Part shown: positions 12,900-26,918 of the stretch, one piece after another
Numbering within the stretch: position 1 is the stretch's first letter
How the letters are laid out: each line of letters starts with the position of its first letter
Source of the DNA: Octopus vulgaris
Taxonomy: Eukaryota
DNA: 64,000 nucleotides
Assembly (NCBI GenBank): GCA_951406725.2
Contig: OX597819.1
Coordinates: 80,538,001-80,602,000 of the forward strand
Direction: 5' to 3'
Position numbers and translations under genes: made by a program
The notes under the pieces: model-generated
Seen by the model: only the letters and a program-made list of their open reading frames with translations
The model's database searches: none
Told to the model about the DNA's origin: nothing

Positions 12900-13120
12900 G
12901 AAACATTGGGAACTTGAGAAAAAGGAAGCTATTTTAATTAACAATGACACACTACGAATTAATAACAGAGGTGAACTGCAGTTGCTTGGATACTATAGCA
13001 TCGCAAAACAACACATCATTCAGCATAGAGCAGAGAAATCAGTTCTCAGTACATTTTCTTCGTAAATTTCCTGAAGAAGGAGTCCTACACTTGACGTATT
13101 GAAATACCAGCTAATATTAC
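12900..13120 (+). mobile_element. possible Penelope GIY-YIG C-terminus plus decayed terminal motif
   Basis: Translates [23 protein letters not shown], resembling the E..(Y/L)I....P.LN end of GIY-YIG domains. Followed by CTGAAGA...GAAA at 13071-13104. Confidence 0.35.
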
Positions 13121-13252
13121 CATCGACCCGTATTATAAATTTTGTTGTAGCTTACTTTGTTTTGGCTTTAAAATACATAAATATTTAACGCACATACACA
13201 CACATGCACACACAGACACATACATATATATAAATAATCGATTAAGTAAACA

Positions 13253-13593
13253 CTGTGAAGGCGCATGGCTCAGTGGTTAGAGCATCGAGCTTACGATCGT
13301 GAGGTTGTGAGTTCGATTCCTGGACGGGGCTGCATGCTGTGTTCTCTGAGCAAGACACCTTATTTCACGTTGCTCCAGTTCACTCAGCTGCAGAAATGAG
13401 TTGCGATATCACTGGTGCCAAGCTGTATCGGCCTTTGCTTTTGCCTTAGATAACATTTGTGGCGTGGGGAGGAGAGGTTGGTATGCATTGGCGACTGCTG
13501 GTCCTCCATAAACAATCTTGCTCGGACTTGTGCTTTCGAGGGTAACTTTCTAGGTGTAATCCCATGGTCATTCATGACCGAAAGGTGTCACCC
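13253..13593 (+). mobile_element. full-length CORE-like tRNA-SINE with 10-bp TSD
   Basis: A box TGGCTCAGTGG, B box GTTCGATTCC, CORE-like GAGCAAGACAC..TTTCACGTTGCTCCAG. TAAGTAAACA is duplicated at 13243-13252 and 13594-13603. Confidence 0.85.
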
Positions 13594-13621
13594 TAAGTAA
13601 ACAGAAGATGGAATATATATA

Positions 13622-13808
13622 TAATCGATTTAGTAAACAGAAGATGGAATTCTTATTTTGTACGATGATAGTTTCGCCTCATCCTGTGACTGTCCTTTTT
13701 GGGTGGGATACTGTGCATCACAATATGATGCACAGCATCCCATCCATAAAGGACAGTCACAGGATGGGTCGAAACACCAATTCTATCATTTGTTTACTTA
13801 ATCGATTA
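13622..13808. repeat. long imperfect palindrome (fold-back element)
   Basis: Arm ...ATCCTGTGACTGTCCTTT..TGGGATACTGTGCATCA pairs with TGATGCACAGCATCCCA..AAAGGACAGTCACAGGAT... around a 5-nt loop. Pairing extends to AATCGATT.AGTAAACA / TGTTTACTTAATCGATT. Confidence 0.9.
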
Positions 13809-13928
13809 TTATCTCAACTAACACTGGAGTGTTCCTAAAGTAGATCCAACTACGGATGACAGCAGGTGGCCCATACTGTGCCAGTGCTCTACTCACTAAA
13901 TTAGCATATACTTATTAGTCCAAAATAT

Positions 13929-13993
<65 letters not shown>

Positions 13994-14399
13994 GGCCGTC
14001 TGATAGAATGCCACATAGTGGTTGTACTGGTTTCTGTGCTCGGAGTTCAAATCATTTCGAGGCCAACTTTGCCTTTCATCTTCTGGGAGTCAGTAAATAA
14101 ATCACCAATCCAGGTCAGTAGAATAATGAAATTGTAAGAACTTCGTGTCTATAAAACAAGTCCTGCCAAGTAGTGGGGAGAATTTCATTGGATATAGCGT
14201 TTTCTTTACCAATATTTGTAGTTGTGAGCCAATGTGGTTAGACATTATTATTTCTAAGATTGTTGCTACTTAACGTGTAAGAATGATTGTACATATGTAT
14301 ATACATGTTGCAAACTGTTTATAATGTAATTGCTTTGCATGCGCAGTCCGTCACGAATGTTGTATCTCACCTCTTTTGTCTGTCTTGGTACTGAAACCC

Positions 14400-15715
14400 T
14401 TGCCTAGAAAGTTGGAATCCTTTTCAAACTAAAACACAGGACAACTGTTTTTCTAAATACAGACGACATTACTGTAATGGTGTTGAACACATTGGTAATT
14501 GAGGTGATCGGCCCCATTCTAATGAAGTACTAGAAAGTAAGAGGTGTATGCTTTAATGAACTAAATTAATGAGCTTGCAATTCCACACCTAGAAAAACAA
14601 ATTCCTCCAGAATGAGGGCTTCTATCGCTTGGCTGAGGATCCCATTAAGGTGTTTGGCTTAAGGTGTTCTCTTGCTGGATCAATTCTGGTAAGAATTTCA
14701 GAGCAAGGTAACCACGACCACTGAGAAATCGTTGAGAGGAAGTTACCTTGACAGGGTGGTCTATGTTGGTTTTATAAACTACTGCAGCCTTTGATCCGAA
14801 ATACCAAGCGAAACTGAAGCATATACCTTTTTCAGGTTAACAGAATAGGTTCCGCTGTTCAAGAAATCCATCTGCAGCCAACCCATTTTAAGGAAATATT
14901 GGTATGTTGTAGCTGGTAATGAGCAGGCACGCACTGAGTCTGACACATGTATACAGATTCTTGGATACAAACGGCGACAAAGATGCAATTGTTTAGGATT
15001 TTGTGCAGGTACATAAAACTTTGTGGGTGCTGTTAGTGCGCCACGCTTTGGTTTGACCGAGCTGCAGTCCTAAGTCAAGCGCAGATTTAGGTTGAACCTT
15101 TGGCATCTACCAATTAGAATTTGTATTCAGAGGAGAGTTATCTCCAGCCTTCAATACAGTTAACTGAGTGATGATAACTCGGAAGCAGATTCAGGTAAGG
15201 ACAGTGTGAATAGATTTTCCTGGACGACTTTCAGGTCGGATATTATAAATTCCAAAATCCTTTGGTCTAGAAGTACTGGAAGTACTGGAGTTACGAAGTT
15301 TTTTGGATGCACTTGTTCAATGCCTATCCATTGTTAATTTCTGGTATTATGTCGAACAGCTGTTATCACGAGTTGAACGAATCCGACCATGAACCGGGGT
15401 TATCGTAAAGGCCAAATTCCTTTCCTTTGACAAGGAACAGTCGGTAGTCTTCCTCTATTCAGTGGCTGTGGCGAAAGAAGTTGTATTGTTAACGTTGTTA
15501 GGAATTTTGAAGACAGACCTCTACCTCTCAGTACAAACACTCATCAACTTCTTCAAGTACAACTTAAGGAAGAAAATGAGGGCAAAAACAAAGGGAGTTT
15601 CTAATAGATTCCAATAAATGTTATAAAAGATTGGTGAGAGTGGTTGAACTGGTGAGGTCAAATGCGCCCATACTATGGAGTTGTTAACTGGTGGCAAGAA
15701 GGCAGAAAACATTTA
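14400..15715 (-). mobile_element. highly decayed interspersed element related to 4110-5340 and 28270-28860
   Basis: ATTATGTCGAACAGCTG is shared exactly with 28484-28500, and a QR(I/L)LE motif lies on the minus strand. Confidence 0.25.
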
Positions 15716-17248
15716 CCCTTGATGTTACGCAACATAATATTGTGATACAACAATATTAATGTATTTACAACAATAAATACATTAATAAATAGTAGTGTAA
15801 AGGATATTTATTGTTACCAACATATTATTGTACATCTTTTCATATTATTATCTCTCATTTTTAATCGACATACATCACGTTCTGTTTTTTCCCCATGTAT
15901 TTTTCTTTAGTATTGTCCTGAGAATTATCAACCGCAGAATTTCGGTGTAATGGCATTGACTGCAGATTGACCTCTTGAATAAAGAAACCTTTGCTATACA
16001 CAAGACACGAAAGCGCATGTACTCTAACCTGCCAAGTGTTTCTAAAATTAAGGCACAATTGACAGGTTGTGGTAAGTCAACGAAGTAGTATAGAGGTTCG
16101 TTTCTTCTACCCGCCTCTTTCACAGACAGCTATTTTTCAGCCATTATTTCTTACTCTCAAATTCTTTCCAGCTTTTATCCATCGGAAGAACTTATCGTAG
16201 CTAGTGACCAGCCAACTTAACTGGACCCTAGTCCAATGACATAGGCCATCATTTTGCATGACCATCATCTTCCATATGCGAAGTAGTAAGCTCATCGATT
16301 TGCTGTAATTAAAGCATGCACCACTTACCTTCTAGTAATCCTCTAGAATGTCGCCGATCAGTTCAATTTTCAGCCTGTTCGACACCATTACGATAGCGCC
16401 GTCGTCATTTCCAGAAATGGCTGCCATATTTCAAGAAAGATTCCCGCCTTCTAAGCAACGACTTCAGCGCTAAAACAAACAGAGGGTAAAAGGAGAGTAT
16501 TAATTGAAGACAGAGCATTTGATGCAAAGCGGTTGCTATTTAGTCTGAACACCGTACATTGTAGCGATCCATCGTTTGAAGACGATACCTAGACTGTCAA
16601 GTAGCAATGATCTTGGACCCTCTTGACCAATAAAAGAAATGCCTTGCTGTATTTGTTCTAGCTATTTCCATCCAGAGTTCCAATCCCGCTTATTTCAATA
16701 TTGTCTTTCATCTTCCCGATGTTGATAACATAGACTGTCAGACAAGTACTGGAGCGAAGTTACCGAACAATCCATTTCCGCCAGATTTCAAGGTTTATGC
16801 CTATTTTAGAAACCATTAATATTATCATTATTGTTGTTGTTGTTGTTGTTGTTGCTGCTGCTGCTGCTGCGGCTGCTACAGCTATTGTCGTCGTCGTCGT
16901 CATCATCATGACCATCATCATTATCATCATCATCATTACCATTATCATTTTGTTGCTATTAATATTGTTATTTCATATTGTTATTATTTTTATCAAACAA
17001 AAAAATCAATATTAAAATCAAAAGAAATCATTATTATAATGATATCACAATGAAAAAATACAAATAAAGAAATTAAAAAATCGTTATTGATAATATTAAA
17101 AAAATATCGTTTGGACCTCATCCACTTCATCCATCTCCTCTCCTTTCCCTACACCACTTTGTCTACTTGCTCTTCCCCATCAGCATCATCATCATCATCA
17201 TCCCCAATATGTTTATTATCATTATTATCATTTTTGCTGTTGTTCTTG

Positions 17249-17336
<88 letters not shown>

Positions 17337-17836
17337 CGTTATTAGGTTGCTGTATGGTGGGATGAAGCCGTATATTTTGAATTCATTGGTTGAAGTTAAC
17401 AAGAGAAACGGAAAAGAAGTAAAAAAAAAAACAACAACAACAAAAGCAAACAAACAAAAAAAACAGACAACGACAGGTTAATACAAAATTAATACACAAA
17501 TACAATTTTAAAATCTGGGGGAAAGAAAAGAAAAAGAAACAGATCATGTTTAGATATTCGATATTAGCAATTGAAAGAGATTAAATTCCAATCAAATGCC
17601 TCACTGGATATACAACCAAGCAATACATTCGATTATAACCGCCAGTTTTTGAAAATGAGTTAAGACTATTGCTGAGAACGTTTGTTTGTTTGTTATTTTT
17701 TGTTTCGTATTTTCATAATTTGTTTTTTTCTTTTGTTCTTCTGTATTTTTTTTTTGCTTTTGTTTTTCATGTTGAGTTAGAAATAAAATTGAGTGAAATG
17801 TATAATACTAATGAATACATGTATGTCTATATATGC

Positions 17837-17867
<31 letters not shown>

Positions 17868-18089
17868 CATGCATATATATGCATATATGTCTATATATGC
17901 ATATGTGCATGTATATACACATTCACACACATATATTTGTATATATATATATATATATATATGCATATATATATATATGCATATATATGTGTGTATATAT
18001 ATGCATATACATACTTATACACACATTTGTCTATAAGTGTATACATATATGTGTGCGTATGCTTGTGTGTGTATACATATATACATGTG

Positions 18090-18159
<70 letters not shown>

Positions 18160-18483
18160 CCTATATATAGATATAGATATACATACAAACATTTGCGTAT
18201 GTAATGAAATAATCATTACTTCAAGAAACACTGTTACATATGTATATATGCATATATATATATAGGCTTATAAATATAATGAAGTACTCACTAGTATATA
18301 ATATTTTATTGGCGAATAGTTTACAGAGCTAATCCTGCTCCGATCCTTGCGATCATGTTTCACAGGTGGCGATGATTCAAGGAGTGAAACCAATCACAGC
18401 TATCGCAGTCATTTACGTGCTTGACAAACGTCATATGTGTGTGTCCGCATATACATATATACATTCATATGCATGTATATATA

Positions 18484-18519
<36 letters not shown>

Positions 18520-19043
18520 TTTATGTGTGTATGTATATGTATACGTGTGTGCATGTGTATGTATTTATGCATCTCCACGGAAATAACAAGATAAATATTA
18601 CAAATAAAAGTTTCTTGTTATTAGTTTCACACTCAGTAAGATATGAGTGGAAATGCCTTAGTATTATGAGCACAAGCGTTTTATCTATGTACGTGTCTCT
18701 GTACGTATGTATGTCTCTTCTGTTTTTTTAATTATTGTAAATCTTTCACTGAGGAGGGAGCCGGTTTTCAACAAAGATACAAGGTTCCATCTTTGGAATA
18801 TAGTTAACAGACAAATTCACAGTTGTAACATGAGAATAGTCTTGCATATTTTTACTGTTCCACTCACAGATTGCACTTGTAATGTACGGATTAACCAGTC
18901 GATTTCTCTTTCTGAAAATCCCAATTTATCCAGAGTCTTTTTTAAGCATTTACTAACAAAACCTAGTGCTCCTAATATGTATGTATGCATCTGTGTATGT
19001 ATGTATGTATGTATGTATGTATGTATGTATGTATGTATGTATG

Positions 19044-19074
<31 letters not shown>

Positions 19075-19654
19075 CTTTCTTCTCTTCTATTAATTATTTG
19101 AAATCGTCCTGAAAGGAATGAGTAGGTTTCTCACAAAGTTACAAAACTCATCTGTGTGTGTGTGTATATATATATTTATATATTATGCGTATGAGGGAGA
19201 GACTGAGAGAAAGAGGGCAAGTGTTTGAGTGTGCGAGAGAGAGAGAGAGGGAGAGGGAACAGAGAAAGAGAGGGGGAAACAGAGAGGGGGAAAAGTATTG
19301 TGTGTGAGAAGGTTCAATGTCTGTGTTGTATATGTTTATTATCTGAACGATTATGTGGAATGTCTCAAATGCATTATTTGCTTGCAGTGTAGCCTGGACA
19401 GTAGAGCTGTCTGTTTAATTTATGGTGCGTATATCGTTATATGGTGATTTATGTTCATGTGAATTGTTGGTCAGTGAGTTTATATACATTTCCTTGTGTT
19501 TTGAGTGTGTGAATGTTCAATATGTGTGTATGTGTTTGTTACTGTTTGCTATATCTTTAATATATGTATAACTATGTTGAAATAAAATGAGCGCATGTTT
19601 TTGCAGCGAATGTGTATAGATTATATTTAAATCACTCACACGCAACAACACGTG

Positions 19655-19702
<48 letters not shown>

Positions 19703-19869
19703 CCATGCATGTGCTTATATGGTTTGGCGTATATTTGTGCTGTTGCATTTGCGTGTTTGAGTGTGTGTAAATGTGTCGTATGCGTTACATGTATAGGTGC
19801 ATTTCGTGCGTGGGTGTTAAAAGAAAGTGGTTGAATATGTTGCAGATTTGCATGTGTATGTCGTATGTA

Positions 19870-21290
19870 TGAGGTAACTAGGAGAGGTTGTTGAAGAAAA
19901 GTGAGTGGAAATTGGTACTTGAGAGAGAATGGATGAAAAAGATTATTTCCTGTTAATTAGGCAGACGAGAGTTAAATAATACTATATGCAGAGCGAGACT
20001 GAACATGGAGAGATGAGGAACGGAGTGATTCAGAGAGCGGAATTTGTGTGAGACCAGAGTGGGAAATACCTTCCAGCACCGGAAAACTCGGAAGTGTTCC
20101 GCCAAATGATGAACCAAACGTCGGCTCATCTGTCTAGTAATTCAATATATACAGAGATGGGATTTTAAGCAGTAGATCAAGTTGCTATAGGTGCGGCTGA
20201 ACGAATGAGTTTGGTAGAAATATTACTTAATTGGGTCAAAGAGAGTGGTGTTTATGAGAAAAAGGAGTTTGTGGCACCAGTATGAAGAGCGTGAGGTGGA
20301 ACTAGATTGTGTCTGGAAGGTGCTAAGGGCTAAAAAGACCTGTAGGTTGTGGGTACACTTAAAGGAAATGAAGGGAGGATAAAGAAGATGTAGCGGAGAC
20401 GGGGTCATGTACGGATTAAAGGATTTGGAATATGTATCAGGTAGTGTACTGTAGGAGTAAGATGAAAGTGTCCGAGATGAAAGGAAAATGAAGAAGAATG
20501 GTAATGCAACAAATGTGGGATTTTGAAGTTTGAGGTGCGGTCGACTTCACAGAGACAAGAGAGAATATCTTGTACCAAGATGTACTACGTTGGGAATTTA
20601 CTCGCGATACCAGAGGGCGCACACTCTCCTACCCTAATGTAATCTCCAGAGATACAGGCATCCAGCAATCGGACCTTCGTAATGCTATGATGGACCGTGA
20701 AGTCTGGCGTAGCATAGTAAATTCCATTGTCTCGACCACGGTCGAACAATGATGATGATTTATCTGTGTCGGGTAAAGAACCAAATCTTGTATTGAGACT
20801 CAGTACGAAAGCCAGACTCGCTGCTGCAGATACGACGAAGACGGAGAAATCTGGAGAACATTAGGGTCCATTTGCTTTTGGGTTAGTGGGAACGAAAAGT
20901 CAAAGTAAGAATGACCACACGACCACCATCCTCAATATAGCGAGAATGGAGGTGCAGTGACCAATGGGGAGAGGTATCGCAGAAATCGGCAAAAGATTCA
21001 GAGATGAGGGAAGTGTTTTCAAGAATGGAATAAAAAGATATTGGCGTAGATTAAAGTATTCACAAAAGAGAGGAGGCATCGATGCATTCATGGACGTACA
21101 TGAAGTATACCCGACAAACATGTAAGCTTAGTTGCAACCCATTCTAATTTTATGTAGCATTTTAGAAACATGTTCGTAAAATATTTAAACAAACAGAAGC
21201 GGTTCTATGTGAGGATGATTTGGGATAAGCGAAATGAACTAGCGTGGAAAATAGTGTTATAGATGAGGAAGTTATGAAGAGTAGGAGACA
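19870..21290 (-). pseudogene. decayed Penelope-like retroelement (RT plus GIY-YIG endonuclease)
   Basis: Minus-strand remnants in the expected order: IRMGCN*AYMFVGY (about 21110-21150, cf. MGPSYAxLFVGY); FMYVHECI (cf. FRYIDD); FLRLRRICSSESGF (about 20810-20850); SNLIYCL...RQMSRRLVHHLAEHF (about 20090-20190). Many stops and frameshifts. Confidence 0.8.
20568..20760 (+). mobile_element. RTE-clade LINE 3' end nested in the Penelope relic
   Basis: Peptide ...DTGIQQSDLRNAMMDREVWRSIV resembles RTE C-termini. It ends in a (TGA)n tail and lies antisense to the host element. Confidence 0.7.
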
Positions 21291-21503
21291 GTGGTAGTGG
21301 GGGTAATACATATAAACACAACCTATATATATGTGCATGCACACACACAATACATATATTATATACATGTACATACACGCACATACATATATATATATAT
21401 TTGGTGGGCTTCCACACGACCTTCGTTAACCATTCACAAGGCCCTATATATAAATATATATATGTATGTATGTATGCATGTATGTATATATTTATCTATC
21501 TAC

Positions 21504-21569
<66 letters not shown>

Positions 21570-22306
21570 GTATGTATGTATGTATGTATGTATGTATGTA
21601 TGTATGTATGTATGTATGTATGTATGAATGTATGAATGTATGTGTGTATGTATGTACGTATGTATGTATGTATCTGAGAGAAAATATTTCAGTTATGTTT
21701 ACAATTTAATTCTAAACTCTCCAGCTGTTTCAACACCCAAATCTCAAGCAACATCGATCACATTACTTCATTAATTGATTAAATGAATATCAAAATGCGT
21801 AATCGTTTTAAAATTTTGTAATAGATTTATTGAAATACCAAACTGGTTGCGAGAATCTTTTGAATATTGATGGTAAAAATAAACAAATAAATGGTTTGGG
21901 AAAGTTTAAAGTTACAAAGTTAAAATTCAGAAAAACAAGTGTAAATAATTAAATGTTCAAATGTTCACAGAAATTATGAGTTTCACAGGGATAGGTGGTA
22001 ATATTAGTGTAAATGTACGGTGAAGGTTATAACAAACATATATGACTGAATGTCCAGTAGTATTGAGTGTTTTTTAAAATAATAAGGAGAAATAGAAAAA
22101 GAGGGAGAGAAAGAAAAAAATTAAACAGTTCTTGTCGCAATGCATGAATGAGTTCTTTTTTCAATTTTAGTCGTAGTGCACGAGTTTTTGCCATTGGTAA
22201 CCCCAAAATTGTCGAAACCGGTTCGGTATTTGAATAAATCAATTACAAAATTTAAAAATGACTACATTCAGGTGCATTTTTAAACCCCAAAACAAATTCT
22301 CCTATG

Positions 22307-22352
<46 letters not shown>

Positions 22353-22821
22353 TGTGTGTGTGTGTAAGTGTGTGTGCGTGCGTTTGTGCATGTGATTAAA
22401 ATATTACATGGTAACTTACGTGAATACATATATTGCCTGTTTGAAAATAGTAGTTTTCAGGAAAATTGTCCATTAATGTATAATTTACCACACTAATTTG
22501 GGGATTTTCAATGGATATATATTTTCAATACATATTCGCACAATTGAAAAAAAATAAGTTAAATGAGCCATTAGTATGGGTTTCGGAAATTCAAGCCAAT
22601 GAAGATGTTCAGAACGATTTATGCAAAAATCTATTGATAAATTAAAATTACCTCTGAGTTGGTGAGTGAAAATAGAAATATTTTTGGTTGTTGCCAGCAA
22701 AGGCAATTTATAGCAATGGGGAGATCATTTCAAGAAATTAAGATTTATTAAGAAATTAGATATTCATACTCAGAGAAAATAAAATTGAGTCATGTGAACA
22801 TGCAGTCAGTGAGCTACGGAT

Positions 22822-23050
22822 ATTTACTCTTTTTACTCTTTTTACTTGTTTCAGTCATTTGACTGCGGCCATGCTGGAGCACCGCCTTTAGTCGAGGAAA
22901 TCGACTCCGGGACTTATTCTTTGTAAGCCCAGTACTTATTCTATCGGTCTCTTTTGCTGAACCGCTAAGTAACGGGGACGTAAACACACAAGCATTAGTT
23001 GTCAAGCAATGCTAGGGGGACAAACATATACACAAACATATATACACACA

Positions 23051-23099
<49 letters not shown>

Positions 23100-23262
23100 G
23101 ACGGGCTTCTTTCAGTTTCCGTCTACCAAATCCACTCACAAGGCATTGGTCGGCCCGGGGCTATAGCAGAAGACACTTGCCCAAGATGCCACGCAGTGGA
23201 CTGAACCCGGAACCATGTGGTTGGTTAGCAAGCTACTTACCACACAGCCACTCCTGCGCCTA
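22822..23262 (-). mobile_element. full-length CORE-like tRNA-SINE (OK/OR-type) with internal microsatellite
   Basis: Complete reverse-complement copy from head (CTCCTGCGCC) to tail (TTTTACTTGTTTCAGTC). Confidence 0.9.
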
Positions 23263-23394
23263 TATATGTTTTTTCTTTTTTAGAAACAGGAAATGAGTTA
23301 CACAGATTTTTGGAGTTGATAATGTTGCTGTCTTGTTATTCTCGTTGTCAATTCTCGTTGTTACTTGTCATTATTGTTATTGTTTATTGTTTAT

Positions 23395-23787
23395 TCTTTA
23401 TTCTTTTATTTGTTTCAGTCATTTGAATGCGGCCATCCTGGAGCACCGCCTTTAGTCGAGCAAATTGACACCAGGACTTATTCTTTGTAAGCCTAGTACT
23501 TATTCTATCGATCTCTTTTGCCGAACTGCTAGGTGGGTGACGGGGACGTAAACACACAAGCTTCGTTTGTCAAACGCTGTTGGGGAGACAAACACAGACA
23601 CACAAACATATATATATATATACGACGGGCTTCCTTCAGTTTCCATCTACCAAGTCCACTCACAAGGCTTTGATCGGCCCGAGGCTATAGTAGAAGACAC
23701 TTGCCCAATGTGTCACGCAGTGGGAGTGAACCCGGAACCATGTGGTTGGTAAGCAGGCAACTTAACACAGAGCCACTCCTACGCCTT
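23395..23787 (-). mobile_element. full-length CORE-like tRNA-SINE (OK/OR-type)
   Basis: Same family as 22822-23262. Confidence 0.9.
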
Positions 23788-24483
23788 TTTCGTAACCCAA
23801 TAATATGAACTTGGTTATTATGGTTACTCTGACGATAGGGATACTCATCATAATATATAAAGCAATGATGATAATGATGTTAACGATGACGGCGACGATG
23901 ACAACGACGATGATGATGATAATGGTGAAGATGATGGAGATGATGATGATGACGATGATAACGGTGATGATGATGATGACGCCGACTGCGATATCGATGA
24001 GGATTAGGAGAACGATGGCGACGACGACGACGACGATGATGATGATGATGACATCGACAATGATGATGATGATCATTATCATAAAGGGAGTCGTAGTAGT
24101 AGCGTTTATAGTGGTAGAGAGGATGGTGATAGCATAGGTAAGTGATTATGGTATTTGAGCGGAGGATTTTCGCGATGGTTGCGTATCTGGTAATCATCAT
24201 GATAGCGACTGTGGTTATGCTGTAGCTTTCCAGACGATAATGATTGTACAGGTAGTGAATGTGGATATAATAGTGATGAGGGTGGATAATGATAACACTG
24301 GTCAGTTTTGCGAGGGTTGATATGATATCGGTGATGCTATGTGTGTGTGTATGTATGTGTGTAAATGTGTCGATATTAATAATGTTGGTGATAATATTAA
24401 CAACATTTTAATAATCGTTATTATTGTTCCGGTTATTGTTGCTATTATCATTGTTATCACCACCACCACCATCATCATCATGG

Positions 24484-24586
<103 letters not shown>

Positions 24587-24833
24587 TATTATTATTCGAG
24601 AAGAACAACAGCAGCAAGAACGACAACTGACAAAACAATAGCGCCAGCAATGTAATGACAATGGGGATGGCAGTATTACTGAAGACAAAAGAAAAACACA
24701 AGAAGCAAAATCAATATGGTGAACCGAACTATTTTCAGAGCATTTCATCACCATATACTTTACGACTGCGATATATACATATACAAGCATCTGTTTGTAT
24801 ATGTATACATATATATATATATATTTACATTTG

Positions 24834-24887
<54 letters not shown>

Positions 24888-24924
24888 CTCTCTATCACTC
24901 TCTTTACCTCACTCTGTGTGTGTG

Positions 24925-24970
<46 letters not shown>

Positions 24971-25319
24971 CATATCAATAAATATATAAACTAAGAGTGC
25001 CGTAAGATATGAAAGCAAATTCAATATGTACATTTTGATAGGAATGACACAAAAGCAATCGGTTTTGGCAGGGGAAATTAAAAATGGCAGTCTTCATGAA
25101 ATTTATTCAAGTCACAGACCATAGATCTCATCTTTGAGATGTTTGAATCACAATGCTTCCCGCACCTCTCAAATTAGTAGCATGAAATTCTAGCATTGTT
25201 GTGTGATATGTAATGAAAACTTTCCAGTGTCGACTTCACCGCCATTTTGAGCAGCCGATTGGAGAGAATGGCTAGTGTATTGATATGCGTGCGTTTGTAT
25301 GTACGCAGGTATGTTTGTA

Positions 25320-25416
25320 AGTAGTTGTGTATGTATTTATATGTATACTGACATACATATATATATCTGCAAGTATATATTTATGCATGTGTGCGTGCGT
25401 GTACGCGTGTGCATGC

Positions 25417-25450
<34 letters not shown>

Positions 25451-25509
25451 TGATATATATTTATATTTATGTATGTATTTCTGGATGTATGTATGTATGC
25501 ATGTATGCT

Positions 25510-25567
<58 letters not shown>

Positions 25568-25569
25568 TG

Positions 25570-25631
<62 letters not shown>

Positions 25632-26300
25632 TGTATGTATGTATTGCTGTATGCATGCATGTATGTATGTATGTATGTATGCATGTATGTATGTATGTAT
25701 GTATGTATATATATGTGTGTGTCTCTGTGTGTATGTATGTATGTATGTATGTATGTATATGTATACCTATATATACACACACACAACCAGAAACACACAC
25801 GTTCTCTCTCACACACCGACGCGCACACACACATGCACACACACACACAAATATATTAAGTACGATTGTAAAACATATCTGTTAGTATATCGCTACACCA
25901 CTGACTCATTCCAATCGACTGGAAACTAGAGAGACTCAGAGTGAGATGGGTGTGTGGGAATATGTATAATAAAAAGGAAATGAAGAAATAAAGAGAAACC
26001 AGAATAAAATAAGAGACGCAGATTTTTAGAACATCTTCGTAAGATAGGTAGAGATAAATATTGATAAAACGGATTTAATAAGTAATCACACACAAACACA
26101 GACACATGATATATACGTGCATACATACATGCATTCATACATACATACATGCATACATACATGCATACATACATACATACATACATACATACATACGTAC
26201 GTACGTACATACATACATACATACATACATACATACATACATACATACATACATACATACATACATACATACATACGTACGTACGTACGTGTGTGTGTGT
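25320..26300. repeat. (TA)n/(TATG)n/(CATA)n microsatellite field
   Basis: Direct inspection. Confidence 0.9.
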
Positions 26301-26575
26301 GTACTGTATTTATTGTGCTTAAATAAAAGTGTTGTTGACAGTGACGATGATTTAGCAAAGGGACACTTCGAAGTCACCGCCAACAACATTCTTGCTTGGG
26401 AATAATAAATTTGTACTCTTACAAATGTATAGAGTAACCCATCAGATTAATGTACAATTATTTTTATTAGAACTTAACAAAAAAACATAAAAACAAATAT
26501 TCTTTTACTTATTTCAATCATTTGACTGCGGCCATGCTGGAGCGCTCCCTTCAAATACATACACACATACATACA

Positions 26576-26658
<83 letters not shown>

Positions 26659-26667
26659 AATGTGACT

Positions 26668-26870
26668 GCGTGTGTATCGTTGGCGATTTTTTACCTCCGT
26701 CTTCCCTTCCTTGGATCTTTTCTTTTCCTATGTTTCTGACGAAGAGCTCCGCTCGAAACGTTAATTCCTCCTTCCTTCTTTCCTTTCCTGAGCGTCCAAT
26801 AACGCTACACTTGTTCCACGTCCTGGCGTTGTTGTGTTTTCTCTTTGTGTTTTCATGTGTGGATTAACTA
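26668..26870 (+). mobile_element. second copy of the ~200-bp hammerhead-bearing element
   Basis: Homologous to 658-860 and flanked by (TA)n-rich sequence on both sides. Confidence 0.7.
26732..26765 (+). ncRNA. minimal hammerhead ribozyme motif (weakened stem I)
   Basis: GUUU-CUGACGA-a-GAGC(ucc)GCUC-GAAA-CG-UU-AAU. Confidence 0.55.
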
Positions 26871-26873
26871 TAA

Positions 26874-26918
<45 letters not shown>

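Noticed and set aside
13259-13330. tRNA genes (also 43565-43638, 47804-47880)
   Set aside because: A and B boxes are present but continue into SINE bodies, and no convincing cloverleaf was seen. These are tRNA-derived SINE heads.
26341-26405. Protein-like snippet DDDLAKGHFEVTANNILAWE as an exon (similar snippets at 17568-17663, 54964-55029)
   Set aside because: Splice signals are weak or unpaired and there is no recognisable homology. Such snippets are expected by chance.
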